A DNA stretch of 64,000 nucleotides from assembly GCF_009914755.1 (NCBI RefSeq), contig NC_060945.1. The stretch is one strand, 5' to 3'. Source of the DNA: the human T2T-CHM13v2.0 reference genome, Homo sapiens. The notes under the pieces were generated by a model. It had not been told where the DNA came from and did no database searches. It worked only from the letters and a program-made list of their open reading frames with translations. Below are positions 26,529 through 40,060 of this stretch, piece by piece (the stretch's first letter is position 1; each line of letters opens with the position of its first letter). The position numbers were made by a program, and so were the translations under genes.

Positions 26529-28727
26529 TGTATTAGTCTGTTCTCACACTGCTAATAAAGACATACCCAAGACTGGGTAATTTATAAAGAGGAAACATTT
26601 AATTGACTCAGTTCAGCATAGCTAGGGAGGCCTCACAATCATGGTGGAAGGTGAATGAGGAACAAAGTCATGTCTTACATGGAAGCAGGCAAGAGAGCTT
26701 GTGCAGGGGAACTCCCATTTATAAAACCATCATATCTCATGAGACTTATTCACTACCATGAGAACCGCCCCCATGATTCAATTATCTCCACCTGGCCCCA
26801 CCCTTGACACGTGGGGATTATTACAATTCACGGTGAGATTTGGGTAGGGACACAGCCAAACCATATCATTCTGCCCCCGCCCCCTCCCAAATCTCATGTC
26901 CTCAAATTTCAAAACCAATCATGCCTTCCCAATGGTCCCCCAAAGTAAGTCTTACTTAACTCATTTCAGCATTAACTTAAAAGTCCACAGTCCAAAGTCT
27001 CATCTAAGACAAGGCAAGTCTCTTCCACCTATGAGCCTGTAAAATCAAAAGCAAGTTAATTACTTCCCAGATACAATGGGGGTTGTATCAGTCCAATTTC
27101 ACACTGCTGATAAAGACATACCCGAGACTCGGTAATTTTTATATATATATATAAAGGTTGAAGGAACTCACAGTTCCACATGGCTGAGGAGGCCCCACAA
27201 TCACAGCAAAAGGCAAAAGGCACATCTTACTATGGCAGCAAACAAGAGAGAATGAGAGCCAAGTGAAAGGGGTTTCCCCTTATAAAACCATCAGATCTTA
27301 TAAGACTTATTCACTACCACAAGAACAGTTTTGTGGGAAACTGCCCCCATGATTCAATTATCTCCCATCAGGTCCCTCCCACAACACATGGGAATTATGG
27401 GAGCTACAATTCAAGATGGGATTTGGGCAGGGACACAGCCAAACCACAACCGGGGTACAGGCATTGGGTAAATATACCCATTCCAAATGAAAGAAGTTGG
27501 CCAAAACAAAGGGCTACAGGCCCCACGTAAGTCTAAAATTCAACAGGGCAGTCTTTAAACCTTAAAGTTCCAAAATAATCTCCTTTGACTCCATGTCTCG
27601 CATCCAGGTTGCACTGATTCAAGTGGATTCCCATGGTCTCGGGTAGCTCTGCCCCTGTGGCTTTGCAGGGTATAGCCCCTCTCCTGGCTACTTTCATGGG
27701 TTGTCATTGAGTTTCTGTAGCTTTTCTAGGCACACGGTGCAAGCAGTCTGGATCTACCATTCTGGGGTCTAGCGGATGGTGGCCTTCTTCTCACAGCTCC
27801 TCTAAGCAGTGTCCCAGTAAGAACTCTGTTTGAGGACTCCCATCCCACATTTCCCTTTGGCACTGCCCTAGCAGAGGTTCTCCATGAGGGCTCTGCCCCT
27901 GGAACACAACTCTACCTAGACATCCAGGAATTTCCATACATCCTCTGAAATCTAGACAGAGGTTCCCAAACTGCATTTCTTGACCTCTGTACACCTGCAG
28001 GCCCAACATCATGTGTAAGCCACCAAGGCTTGGGGTTTGCACCCTCTGAAGCCACAGCCTGAGCTGTACCTTGGCCTCTTCTAGCCATGGCTGGAACTGA
28101 GGCAGCTGGGACACGGGGCACCATGTCCGGAGGCTGCACACAGCAGGGGAGCCCTGGACCTGGCCAAGGAAAACATTTTTTTTTCTCCTAGGCCTTCAGG
28201 CCTGTAAGGTGAAGAGCTGCTATGAAAGTCTCTGACATGCCCTGGAGACATTTTCCCTGTTGTCTTGGTTATTAACATTTGGTTCCTCATTACTTATGCA
28301 ATTTTCTGCAGCAGGCTTGAATTTCTCCCCCAGAAAATGGGTTTTTCTTTTCTACTGCATTTTAAGCCTGCAAATTTTTCAAACTTTTATGATCTGCTTC
28401 CTGTTGAATGCTTTGCTGCTTAGAAATTTCTTTCCCCAGATACCCTAAATGCTCTCTCTCAAGTTTAAAATTCCACAGATCTCTAGGGCAAGGGCAAAAT
28501 GCTGCCAGTCTCTTTGCATAGCAAGAGGGACCTTTACTCCAGTTCCCAACAGGTTCCTCATCTCCATCTGAGATCATCCCAGCCTGGACCTTATTGTCCA
28601 GATCACTATCAGCATTTTGGTCAAAACCATTCAACAAGTCTCTAGGAAATTCCAAACTTTCCCACATCTGCCTGTCTTCTTCTGAGCCCTCCAAACTGTT
28701 CCAACCTCTGTCTGTTACCCAGTTCCA
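26529..28727 (-). mobile_element. THE1 provirus: 3' LTR (26529-26868) plus internal region (26869-28727); 5' LTR absent
   Basis: THE1 LTR followed directly by THE1-int; - strand ORFs 27791-28694 (MEGSEEDRQMWESLEFPRDLLNGFDQNADSD...) are the MaLR internal ORF remnant. Confidence 0.92.
27084..27451 (-). mobile_element. THE1A/B-like solo LTR inserted in THE1-int
   Basis: TGTATCAGTCC...CTGCTGATAAAGACATACCCGAGAC...; TSD GGGGT at 27079-27083 and 27452-27456. Confidence 0.9.
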
Positions 28728-29369
28728 GCGTGTCTTCAGAGTAATGAGTGACTTCTCACTCTATTAGTTTCCACAAGAGCTAGTTGTTGAAAAGAAGCTG
28801 CCACCTTCTTTCTCTCTTGCCAGGTAATCTTTGCACATATTAGCTCCCCTTCACTTTCACCATGAGTGGAAGCTCCCTGAAGCCCTCATCAGAAACAGAT
28901 GCTGTCACCAGGCTTCTTGTACAGCCTGCAGAATCATGAGCCCAAAAAAAAAAAAAAAAAAAAATCTTTTCTTTAAGAATTACCCAGTCTCGGGTATTCC
29001 TTTAGCTTACAGTAATACAAACAAACAGACAACCATAGACACGGTGACTTGTAAACAATGGGAATTTATTTCTCACAGTTCTGGAGGCTGGAAGTCCAAG
29101 ATCAGGGCAGATTCAGTGTCTTGTAAGGGCCTGATTCTCTGGCTCATAAACAGTGTCTTTTTACTGTGTTCTCACATGGAAGAGGTGAACAAGCTCCTGT
29201 GGGCCTCTTCTATAAGGAGATGGATCTCACTCATGAAGGTTCAACCCTCCTGATTAAACCACCTCACAAAGGACCCACTTCTTAATACTATTGTATTGCA
29301 GTTTAACTATCAATATATGAATTTAGGAAACACACGAAGATTCAGACCATAGCACATCATACAACTTTT

Positions 29370-29600
29370 AGCTGGAGCATGAGCTCTGGAGCCAACTGTG
29401 TTTGAATCACTATGCAACTACTTACTAGCTGTGTGCTGTTAGAATGGGCTTTTTAACCTCTCTTTAACTCAATTTTCTCATAAACTGGAGAGCAGATATA
29501 TATATATAAAGCCTGCTTCATAGCTTTAAATCGGTTAAAATGAAAAATTGTTTAAAATAATGTTGAGCACATTACAAATAATATGTTAGTGCTTACTGAC
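29370..29600 (+). mobile_element. MIR
   Basis: GCTCTGGAGCCAACTG..TTTGAATC..CTACTTACTAGCTGTGTG..TTTAACCTCTCT..CTCAATTTTCTCAT. Confidence 0.7.
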
Positions 29601-29863
29601 ATTATAATTGTAATTACTTGTATTACAGCATACATGCCAGGAATACAAAGACTTGGTCCTATCCCCCCTCAAGCGGAGAGATTCTTTTTTAAAGAATTAT
29701 TTAATTTAAAAAAAGAAAGAAAAGAAATGAGGAATGACTATGAAAATGTGTAACTAATACAGTAAAACCAACAAAAGCTGTAAATAAGATCAAAAAACTG
29801 CAATTTTATGAAGGATTGAAGTATTACAAGGCTAAGAAAAACTAATTTTTTCTACTCCATCTC

Positions 29864-30013
29864 CTATGAACTGTTTGAGCAAACATATTTTCACTGATTA
29901 GATGTTTTCACTGATTAGATATTTTCATGAATATATTTTCTATGAACTGTTTGAACAAAGACATTTTCACTGATTAGATATTTTCCCTGATTAGATATTT
30001 TCCCTGACTAGAT
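29864..30013 (+). repeat. Two-level minisatellite (17-bp unit within a ~76-bp duplication)
   Basis: CTATGAACTGTTTGA at 29864 and 29940, followed by 2 and 3 copies of TTTTC(A/C)CTGATTAGAT. Confidence 0.85.
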
Positions 30014-30367
30014 AGATCAATTATGTTTTTAAAAAGACAAACTATATCTTGCATACCTACCCCGACCAAACCCCACATGGGTGGCGAATGAAATCCATCA
30101 CCAAAACTTATCAGAATTCACATTATCCCATGGTTTTGCATATTCTTTATAAGATCAACCAAAATGTAAGCATTCATGTGTTTTTTTAATCTCTGAAATG
30201 TTCACCTCCTAATATTATTTCATATTTTAATTCATGCAACCATTGCTCAAATTATTGTTGGAAGTCATCTTTCTGAATGGCCTCTAGTAGTAATTCATGA
30301 ACCACCAGAGAAAATCTAAACTATGCTTTTTAGTTAAAATTACCCTTTTAATGAAATGCTACATGAC

Positions 30368-30550
30368 TGTCTTAGTCTGTTTGTGTTACTATTGCAAAGT
30401 ATCTTAGTCTGAATAATTTATAAACAACAGAACTTATTTCTTACCATTCTGGATGCTGAGAATTCCAAGAGCAAGGCACAAACAGTTTTGGTGTGTGGTG
30501 AGGGCCTGCTTCCTGGTTCACAGATCGTGCCTTGTAGCTATGTCCACATT
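30368..30550 (-). mobile_element. Truncated MLT1A-like LTR
   Basis: TGTCTTAGTCTGTTTGTG...GGTGAGGGCCTGCTTCCTGGTTCACAGAT. Confidence 0.75.
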
Positions 30551-31540
30551 TAGGAAAAATGAATACATTGAAATTGTCCAAAGATTTTGAAGATATTAAG
30601 TTGGGTCAAAATTTACAGGTAAGTTTATCAGTCAGCTGAGTTTGAATTATTTTAGGAGAAAGATTAATGTGGGACCAAACAAAAATTTAACAAGAAGAAT
30701 ACATGATTTTTTAAAGTATCATTGGCATTTTAGGGTTTGATAAAGGTAAAAATAAAATTGCATTCACTGAACTTTAGTTCGATTTAAGATTTTATCAAAT
30801 TTAAGAGAAATTTGTTTACCAAGAAGATATAATCAATAAAAGGGTGGAGTGCCAAGGGCAGGTATAAAAGTTTTTCATTAAATATATTTAAGGAAAAAGT
30901 TTGCAAGCACAAACATGTCTGTCCTCTTTTCAACTTTGAGTTTGTTAACACTGTGCAAGAACAGATGGTTCAGATAGGGTTTCGTCATGCCCCATGAAAT
31001 GGGAACTGCAAACGCTTGATTTATGTGACAAGAATCCTTACTCAGATTAATTTCATTGAATTTTACAATTAAATCACTAAAATATTACCATGTTTTCCAT
31101 ATCATTTAGATTTCTTCAATACAGTTTAATAAATTTATACCAATTTTCTTTCCCCAAAACTAAATGCTAAATAAAGCAGCAACTGATCCTTAAGGTGAGA
31201 AACAGACCAACAGTCCCTGGCCAACACAGTGTTTGAGACTTAACAAAACATCCAGGAGGAGAAATGCATCCCCAGGGTGTCCCCATCTCTCTTCCTCTTC
31301 CCAAGTAGTGACCCCCTTCCCCTCTCCTCCCACCAGGGAATTGGTGTCACCCCCACTATGTAGCTTTTCCTATTCTGCTTTGCCTCTCTAACTTTGTTCT
31401 CTCAATAATACCTCTATTATGACAACTGTCCTCATCATAATCAATGGTATTTGAAGTATTGTTCACCTCAGAAGAACACGTTTCCATTTTTAAACAGTCA
31501 TCAAAATATTTTGCTTTCTCAAAAAACAAGGGGAATTATT

Positions 31541-32717
31541 AAGATGGATAGACTACTAGCTAGACTAATAAAGAAAAAAAGAGAGAATATCCAAATAAAC
31601 ACAATCAGAAATAACCATGGGGACATTACCGCCAACCCCACAGAAATAATATTTTAAAAAGCCTTCAGAGACTACTATGAACACTGCTATGCACGCAAGC
31701 TAGAAAACCTAGAAGAAATGGATAAATTCCTGGAAATGCAACCTTCCAAGATTAAACCAGAAATAAACTGAATCTCTGAACACACCAATGATGAGTTCAG
31801 AAATTGAATCCGTAATAAAAAGCCTACCAACCAGAAAAAGTCCAGGACCAGAAAGATTCACAGCCAAATTCTACCAGATGCATAAAGAGCTGGTACCATT
31901 CCTATTGAAGCTATTTCAGAAAATTGAGGAGGAGGGGCTCTTCCCTAACTCATTGTATGAGGCCAGTATCATCCTGATACCAAAAGCTTGCAGAAACACA
32001 CACACACACACAAAGAACACTTTAGGACAATATCCCTGATGAACATAGATGCAAAAATCCTCAACAAAATATTAACAAACTGAATCCAGTAGCACATCAG
32101 AAAGCTAACCTACCAGGATCAAGGAGGCTTTATCCCTGGGATGCAAGGTTGGTTCAACATATGCAAACCAATAACTCTAATTAATCACATAAACAGAACT
32201 AAAAACAAAAACCATATGATTATCTCAACAGCTGCAGAAAAAGCTTTTGATAAACTCCAACATGCCTTCATGATGAAAACCCTCAACTAGGCATTGAAGG
32301 AACATACTTCAAAATAGTAACAGCCATCTATGACAAAGCCACAGCCAACATCATACAGAATGGCCAAAAGCTGGAAGCATTCCCCTTGGAAACCAGAACA
32401 AGACAAGAATGCCCTCTCTCTCCACTCCTATTCAACATAATACTAGAAGTCCTTGCCAGAGCATTCAGGCAAGAGAAAGATATAAAAGGCATCCAAATAG
32501 GAGGAGAAGAAGTCAAACTATCCCTCTCTGCAGATATGATTCTATATACCTAGAAAACTCCATACCTCTGACCAAAACCCCTTGATCTGATAAACAACTT
32601 CAGCAAAGTTTCAGTATACAAAATTAATGTACAAAAATCAGTATCATTCCTATACACCAGCAACATATAAGCTGAGATTCAAATCAAGAATACAATCCCA
32701 TTCACAATAGCCACACA

Positions 32718-32765
<48 letters not shown>

Positions 32766-34497
32766 AAACCTAGAAATATAGCTAACCAGGGTGGTGAAAG
32801 ATTTCTACAATGAGAATTATAAAACACTGTTCAAAGAAATCAGAGGTGACATAAACAAATGGAAAAACATCCCATGTGCATGGATAGGAAGAATCAATAT
32901 CATTAAAATGGCCATATTGCCCAAAGCAATTTACAGATTCAATGCTATTCCTATCAAACTACCAATGACATTCTTCATATAATTAGAAAAAACTATTTTG
33001 AAATTCATATGGAACCAAAAAAGAGCTCAAATAGCCAAGGCAAACCTAAGAAAAAAAGAGTAAACTAGAGGCATCACATTTCTCAATTTCAGACTGTACT
33101 ATAAGTCTACAGTAACCAAAACAGCACGGTACCACTACAAAAACATATACACAGACCAATAAAAGAGAATTGAGAGCTGAGAAATAACGCAGCACACCTA
33201 CAAGCATCTGATCTTCAACAAAGTCACAAAAACAAGCAACAAAGAAAGGACTCCCTATTTAATAAATGGTTCTGGGATAACTAGCTAGCCATATGCAGAA
33301 GATTGAAACTGGACCCCTGCCTATTACCATATACAAAAACCAACTCAAGATGGAATAAAGACTTAAATGTAAAACCTAAAACTATAAAAACCCAGATGGT
33401 AACCTAGGAAGTACCATTCTGGAAATAGGACCTGGCAAAGATCTTATGACAAAGATGCCAAAAGCTATTGCAACAAAAAAAAAAAATTGACAAATGTGAC
33501 CTAATTAAATTTAAGAGCTTCTTCACAGCAAAAGAAACTATCAACAGACTAAACAGACAACCTACAGAATGGGAGAAAATATTTGCAAACTATGCATCAG
33601 AATCTATAAGGAGCTTAAATCAATAAGCATAAAACATACAACCCCATTAAAACATGGGCAAAGAACATGAACAGGCACTTTTCAAATGAAGACACACACG
33701 CAGCCAACAAGCATATGAAAAAATGTTCAGTGTCTCTAATCATTAGAGAAATGCAAATCAAAACCACAATGAGATACCATCTCACACCAGTCAGAATGAC
33801 TATTATCAAAAAGTCAATAAATAACAGATTCTAGTGAGGGTGCAGGGAAATGGAAACACTTATACACAGCTGGTGGGAATGTAAATTATTTCACACATTG
33901 TGGAAAGCAGTTTGGTGATTTCTCAAAGATCTCAAAGCAGAATTACCATTCAACCCAGCAATCTCATTATAGGGTATATACCCAAAGGAATATAAATCAT
34001 TCTACCATAAAGATACATGCACTTGTATGTTCATTGCAGCACTATTCCCAATACCAAAGATGTGGAATCAACCTAAATGCCCATCAATGGTAGACTGGGT
34101 AAACAAAATGTGTGACATATACACAATGGAATACTACACAGCCATAAAAAAAGAATGAGATCATGTCCTTTGCAGCAACATGGATGGAGCTGGAGATCAT
34201 TATCCTAAGTGAACTAGCACAGGAACAAAAAAGCCAAATACCATGTTCTCACTTATAAGTGGAAGCTAAACATTGTGTACACATGGACACAAAGAAGTGA
34301 ACAACAGACACTGGAGCCTACCTGAGGGAAAGAGACTAGGAGGAGGATGAGAATCAAAAACACTACCTATCAGGTACTGTGCTTATTACTTGGCTGGTGA
34401 AATAATCTTTACACCAAACCCTGGCAACACACAATTTACTTATATAACAAACCTGCACATGTACCCCTGAAACTAAAATAAAAGTTAAAAAAAAAAG
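31541..34497 (+). mobile_element. 5'-truncated old L1PA (L1PA15/16-like), ~3 kb
   Basis: ORF2 remnants ([32 protein letters not shown]); 3'UTR ending AAACCTGCACATGTACCCCTGAAACTAAAATAAAAGTT plus A tail. Confidence 0.93.
32713..32761. repeat. (CA)n microsatellite inside L1
   Basis: ~24 CA units with one TA interruption. Confidence 0.95.
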
Positions 34498-36768
34498 GTG
34501 GGGGAAGGATGATTCCCTGTAGGATCGCTGGCTGGACAGATGGGGAGGGGATGCAATAAGCATTATTATCCTGGTTTTGCAGGTTAAGGCCAGGGAGAGA
34601 ATAAAGCCAACCTCATTAAGCACCAGATGTCAGGCACCACATTGGAAGTCTTGCTTCCTTTTTCTAACATAGTCTTTACAATAATGCTCCATGTTACTGA
34701 CATTGTATTATGAAATAAGAAGCTCATGAGAGGAACTAAGCATCTTTTATCTGCTCATCCTTTATCTATGGATAAAGACAGGCTGAAACCCCAGACTTCT
34801 GTTCCAGTGCTCTATCCATGGGTCCAAGCCAAAGGCAGCACTTCCCTGTGGTAGCTGTTACTGTATTTCATTTCTTACGTTCCACATCCCTTACATTTTA
34901 TCAGCATCCTCTGGAACAGGAAAGAACATTGTTTTTATAGAAGTACATTCGTCCCGTGTAAAATTTATTGGATGCTCTGATTCAGAGTTACAGAAAAAAA
35001 ATTACAGTGTAGTAACACTATATTTAATGAGGTGTTACATATTTTCCATCCTTCTCTTGGCATTTTAGACATTATTCTCTTAGGTCAGGACACCAACATT
35101 TCATGCTGTTTTCGTGGACTTGAAGCTTACTTGACTATGGTTAATGCTAATTAATATTGTGAACCCATACAACATGTCTGCTCATGTCACATTAGCATTG
35201 AAACACTATCCAAACTATTGTTTTGGAAGTTAAGATACTGAAGAAATAAACCCCTTGATATATAAACAGTAGCTTGGAGGTCATGTTTCTAGCACCTTCT
35301 CGTGCCTTGAAAATTAGCTAAGTTAGCTGCATCTTCCTAGAACTGTAGAGGGAAGCCAGAGGTAGTTCAAAATGCTGACTTTCTATAAACTAAGCCCAGC
35401 TGGGGAATATAATTCAGACCACATAGAAAACACTTTTTCCCCATTTTTATCCCTTCTCAGACCTCCTAATGCACTGCTCAAGCAATTAAATCTCCTTATA
35501 CTCATGAGGCATTTCCTAAGTGCCCTGAGACTTCAAACAAAACGCATGGCTGGTTAAAGGTTTGCTTTTTTTACGTCCTGGTAGAAAATTTATATTGGAT
35601 CTGGGACACCATCTGGGTGAGAAACAAGTGATTAGGGTGTTAGCTCTAAACCCCTTGCTTAGCAATTTTACTAAATATTTTCTTCATACCATGATATTCA
35701 GCATGTTCCAGAAGGTTTTGGCAAAAAAAAAAAAAAAAAAAAACTTATTCCCATTATACTAGGGTTATGAAATGCAGGTAGGTTTTGAATGGACACAGAA
35801 GGGAACAAGCGTTTAAAAAAAAGTCAAATTGCTTCAGGTAAGCCTAATTTACCCCTGACTTTCAGCGGTCATTCATAGGAAAACTGTCACCCCTAAGATG
35901 TACTAAAATTACTCTGAAGTAATTTAAAGCCAATTTAAAGCCAATCATTTAAAATAAATGTTGATGACAAAGTATACAAGTTTCAAAATAAAAATGCTGA
36001 ATGTAAACACAACTTAATTTGTCCTGGTCCCTGTACCAGGTGGAGCATGTAAAGGCAGCAAGCACTGATGTTTTCCTGGCTTGGCAAACTGCCTCACTGG
36101 CTTCAAACTGCTTTGGCACTTCTAATTTTACATTCGGAGTAACGGCCTCCTTCCCTCTTCACTGCTGCTATCGTTCGTACTTGCTGGTCTCCCTCTAGGC
36201 ATCTTTGGCTTGAAGTCAACAAAATTACGTGAGGGTGAAAGAAATAGAAACTGCAGTTTTCTCTCCAAGCAGCTTGGTAAATTTTCATTTCTTTTCTTTT
36301 TTCTTGTCCTACCTTGACTTATTCCTACCACTATCATACTACTAGATCAAGGCTCAAAATATTAACAAATATTTTTTAACATTTTACTGAGCCCATTCTC
36401 TCCTATACATTGAAATCTATATGTCTATGGACTTTAAATAACTACAATGAAGAATTTCATTGATTTGAATAATTTTAAGACTCTTTTTTACTACTTTTCT
36501 TTTCTTTATCTACCCAAAGAAAAATCAAGATTTTTAAATAATTTCTTCAGGAGGCTACCTTCCTAACTCATTCATTGATAGAAGGAAAGACTTAGAAATA
36601 GGTTCCCATGTGTTCCTCATGACAGAAATAGAAAACCAACATAATATCTCTTGGCTTCTTCTCTTATTACTTGGTTAATATGTTAGCTGCATAGTACAGC
36701 CTACACAATACTGTACTTGAGAGTGAAGAGTTGGGAGTCAGAAAAATGTCCAACTTCAAAGACTCTGC

Positions 36769-37273
36769 TGTATTCATTTTCCACCATAATGAATTACCAT
36801 AAACTTAGAGGTTTAAAGCAACCCAAATGTATTATCTGACGGTTCTGTAGGCTAGAAGTCCAACAAGGCTCTCGCTGGGCCAAAATCAAGGTGTCTGCAG
36901 GACTGTGTTCCTTTCTGGAGACTCTAAGGGTAAATCAACGTTCTCGCCTTTTCCAGCTTCCAGAGACTTTCCACATTCCATGACTCATGACTCCCTCCCC
37001 CATCTTCAAAGCCAAATGCAACAAAAATGCAGAGAAATGCAATTCTCTGACCATTCTGTAATTCCATCTTCCTTTCTCTGATCACAATGGGAAAGGTTGT
37101 CTGCTCTTAAGATTAGCTTGAGCCCACTTGGATAATCCAAGATAATTTCTAAATCTTAAAGTCTTTAATATCACATCTTCAAAGTCATTTTTGCCTTGTA
37201 AGGCAACATATTCACACATTCCAAGAATTAGGATGTAGACATCTTTGAAGTGGTCATTATTCTACCTACCACA
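36769..37273 (-). mobile_element. MLT1D-like solo LTR
   Basis: CAAAATCAAGGTGTCTGCAGGACTGTGTTCCTTTCTGGAG...GGATAATCCAAGATAAT...CATTATTCTACCTACCACA. Confidence 0.85.
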
Positions 37274-38179
37274 CCACCTATCAGTGCCTCATTCTACACG
37301 GACAAAGTCACAGGTTAATTGTTCTATATTTGACGTAACTCTAAGTTCTCGTAAGAAATCTCAAACCTGTCTCTAAATCTCCTCTGTTTTCATCTAAAGA
37401 TTTTGTTAGTGTATATCTTTGAGCATTCAGAAGTAGACAGTTGCAACTACAAATTCATTTCATCTGTTCCACAATGGTTTGGTTACATTGAAGGATTATT
37501 TAACGACTCTATAACATCCTAGTTATATTTTCTGAGAAATTTATGGTCCTTATCGGGCCTCAATCAAATGTCATTCATGTCTTATTTCACATGTAGTTAG
37601 AAGGGGAGTGTGTGTAAAATATGGCCATGAGGTGACTCTTGCAGTATCTTTACTCATCTTGGAAACAGAAAAAATGAGCTAGTTTCATAAACTTAATTTC
37701 TTTACCTCTTCAGTTTTCTCTACCTGAAATATTGAGGCTTCTCTTTAACTCATCTTTTAAAGCACAGAATTTCCTAAACTTTTTAAAAATTAAATGACTT
37801 TTCCTGATTTTGCAGTTTTCTTTTCCCTTCATGAACGTTATCACTGCAGAAAAAGCAACGCTTGTACTTTCAAGACTATAAAATAAGCCCAGTTTATAAA
37901 ATTATTATTTGGAGGCTAAATATGGAATTTCAGATACTCACTCTGAACCACAAAAAAACTGAAATTAGCATTATTCTTGGTAGCTGTATTCTCTGCTACT
38001 GTATTTCCTTATTGTTCTATGTACTGTGCTCTACTTTTGAAACTCCCAGTCAGTAGGAAACTGCTCTATGCTCTCAGATAAATATACTCTGGTGAATGAA
38101 ATGTAATGGACCCTTTGAAAAAGTAAATACTTAATGTACACAAAGAAGGTGGAAATGACATTTGGATTCTCTAAAGTCT

Positions 38180-38420
38180 AGCAGTTCTCAAACTTTCTGG
38201 CCTCAACATCCCTTTACACTCTCAAAAGTGAAGGGCCTCAAAGTTCATGTGGATTGTGTGTACTGATATTTCTAATATTAGAAAATTACATTGAGAATGT
38301 TTAAATATTTATTAGTTTTAAAACGACAGTAAACACATTAAAGGTTAGCACAAACAACATCTTAATGAAAATTTACTATATTTTCCAAATCACAAAACTT
38401 AGAAGAGTTGCACAATTTTA
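38180..38420 (+). mobile_element. hAT-Charlie fragment (MER119-like), interrupted by an Alu
   Basis: CAGTTCTCAAACTTTCTGGCCTCAACATCCCTTTACACTCT hAT-type end. Confidence 0.6.
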
Positions 38421-38817
<397 letters not shown>

Positions 38818-38984
38818 TAAAATGCTCTTCTCAATAAACTATCCTACTATATATATATATAAACACACACACACTGTATCCCTACATAAAGCTGAGGGTT
38901 ACCGAGAATAAGTCAAATGTATTCATTAATGTCAATAATGAATTGGGTGGGAGTGGATTTAGACAGAAAAGAAATAAAAACAAA

Positions 38985-39065
38985 GGGTATATGTATATCA
39001 AATCATCACACTGTACACCTTGAATATATACAATCTTTATTGTCAATTAAATATTGTTTTAAAAA
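38985..39065 (+). mobile_element. L1MA 3'-terminal fragment
   Basis: ATATCAAATCATCACACTGTACACCTTGAATATATACAATCTTTATTGTCAATT. Confidence 0.65.
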
Positions 39066-40060
39066 ATAAAGGACCAGAAGCTGAATATAGTTATAGAATG
39101 CAGCAAATGATGAAAACAAAAGTGGGAGCAAAGAACAAGCCTGAGATGATCGGTGTGAACTTGGCTAGGAGGATTCCAGATTGCTGGATCTGCTGCTAAT
39201 TGGGAAGCATGGGTGAAAAAAGCAATTACTTTAAAAACAAGCCCATGGCCAAAAGTTTTCAGGACCCATATTTTCAAAATTCCAGATTCCATGATTTTTA
39301 ATCATGTTTAAATAACATTAATGCATGTTAATATCTTCTTGACACAATGTTTTTATGGTTTAAATAAAATGAGGAACTTTAATGTAGTCAAAAAAAAAAA
39401 CTGTTCTACCATATGAAACTTACATGTGGAAACTTAAAGATCTTTTGAAAATCAGGTTTTATTTTTACTGGTTTCTCCTACTATTAATCCTTTTTTGCCT
39501 CCTGCCAAAGAGTATTCTTTGTCTTCTTCCACTCATTATGTTATTCATGCTTATGTAGTAAATGATTATAATTTATCTTACAATTTCCATTAAGTTGTTC
39601 TTGGATCACAATCCCCAGGGTATGGTTATAATCCCAGGGATGAAAGGAAATGGCAAATAAGATATCATGTGGGCACAGGTTAAACAGGTACAACAATTAA
39701 TTCCAAGCATATGTACAGAAGGATAGCTATGACAGTTGTCAACAATGGTTATGACCAAGGAAAAATAGAAAGTATTATGGTGTGGTTTGAAAGATATTTG
39801 TCCTTAGGAAAGCTATTAACAAAAATAATGCTAGGTAATAGCAAAAAAGGGTGTTAAAAGTAAATCATACAAGTCTGTCATTCTTTATTCAAAACGGATT
39901 CATACCATACCTAGAACACTGTGAGCAACTGTGACCTCTATAAAGGCATAGCCAAACTGGATGAAATCCAAGAAGATTAACTAAAATGCTTAAAAGAATG
40001 GAGTGGTTTCTCAAAAATGAGAGATTAAAAAAAGGAAAGGTTATATGTGTAAATGAAGAC

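Larger units (their letters stand above)
26403..29031 (+). mobile_element. MST-type LTR (pieces 26403-26528 and 28728-29031)
   Basis: TGCTATAGTTTG...CCAAATCTCATGTTGAAAT; second half CTTGTACAGCCTGCAGAATCATGAGCC...TTACCCAGTCTCGGGTATTCC; TSD ACCAT at 26398-26402 and 29032-29036. Confidence 0.85.
26365..29354 (-). mobile_element. MLT1A0-like LTR (pieces 26365-26402 and 29032-29354), outer shell of a nested stack
   Basis: TGTCTTAGTTCATTCAGACTGCTACAACAAAATACCAT continues as ACCATAGACAC...TTCAGACCATAGCA. Confidence 0.87.

Noticed and set aside
29864-30013. CRISPR-like repeat array
   Set aside because: No unique spacers and eukaryotic context; it is a minisatellite.
35821-35845. Other AG|GT composites (35837 CAG|GTAAGC, 30618 CAG|GTAAGT, 45413 CAG|GTTAGT)
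   Set aside because: Lack either a good polypyrimidine tract or a strong donor; expected by chance.
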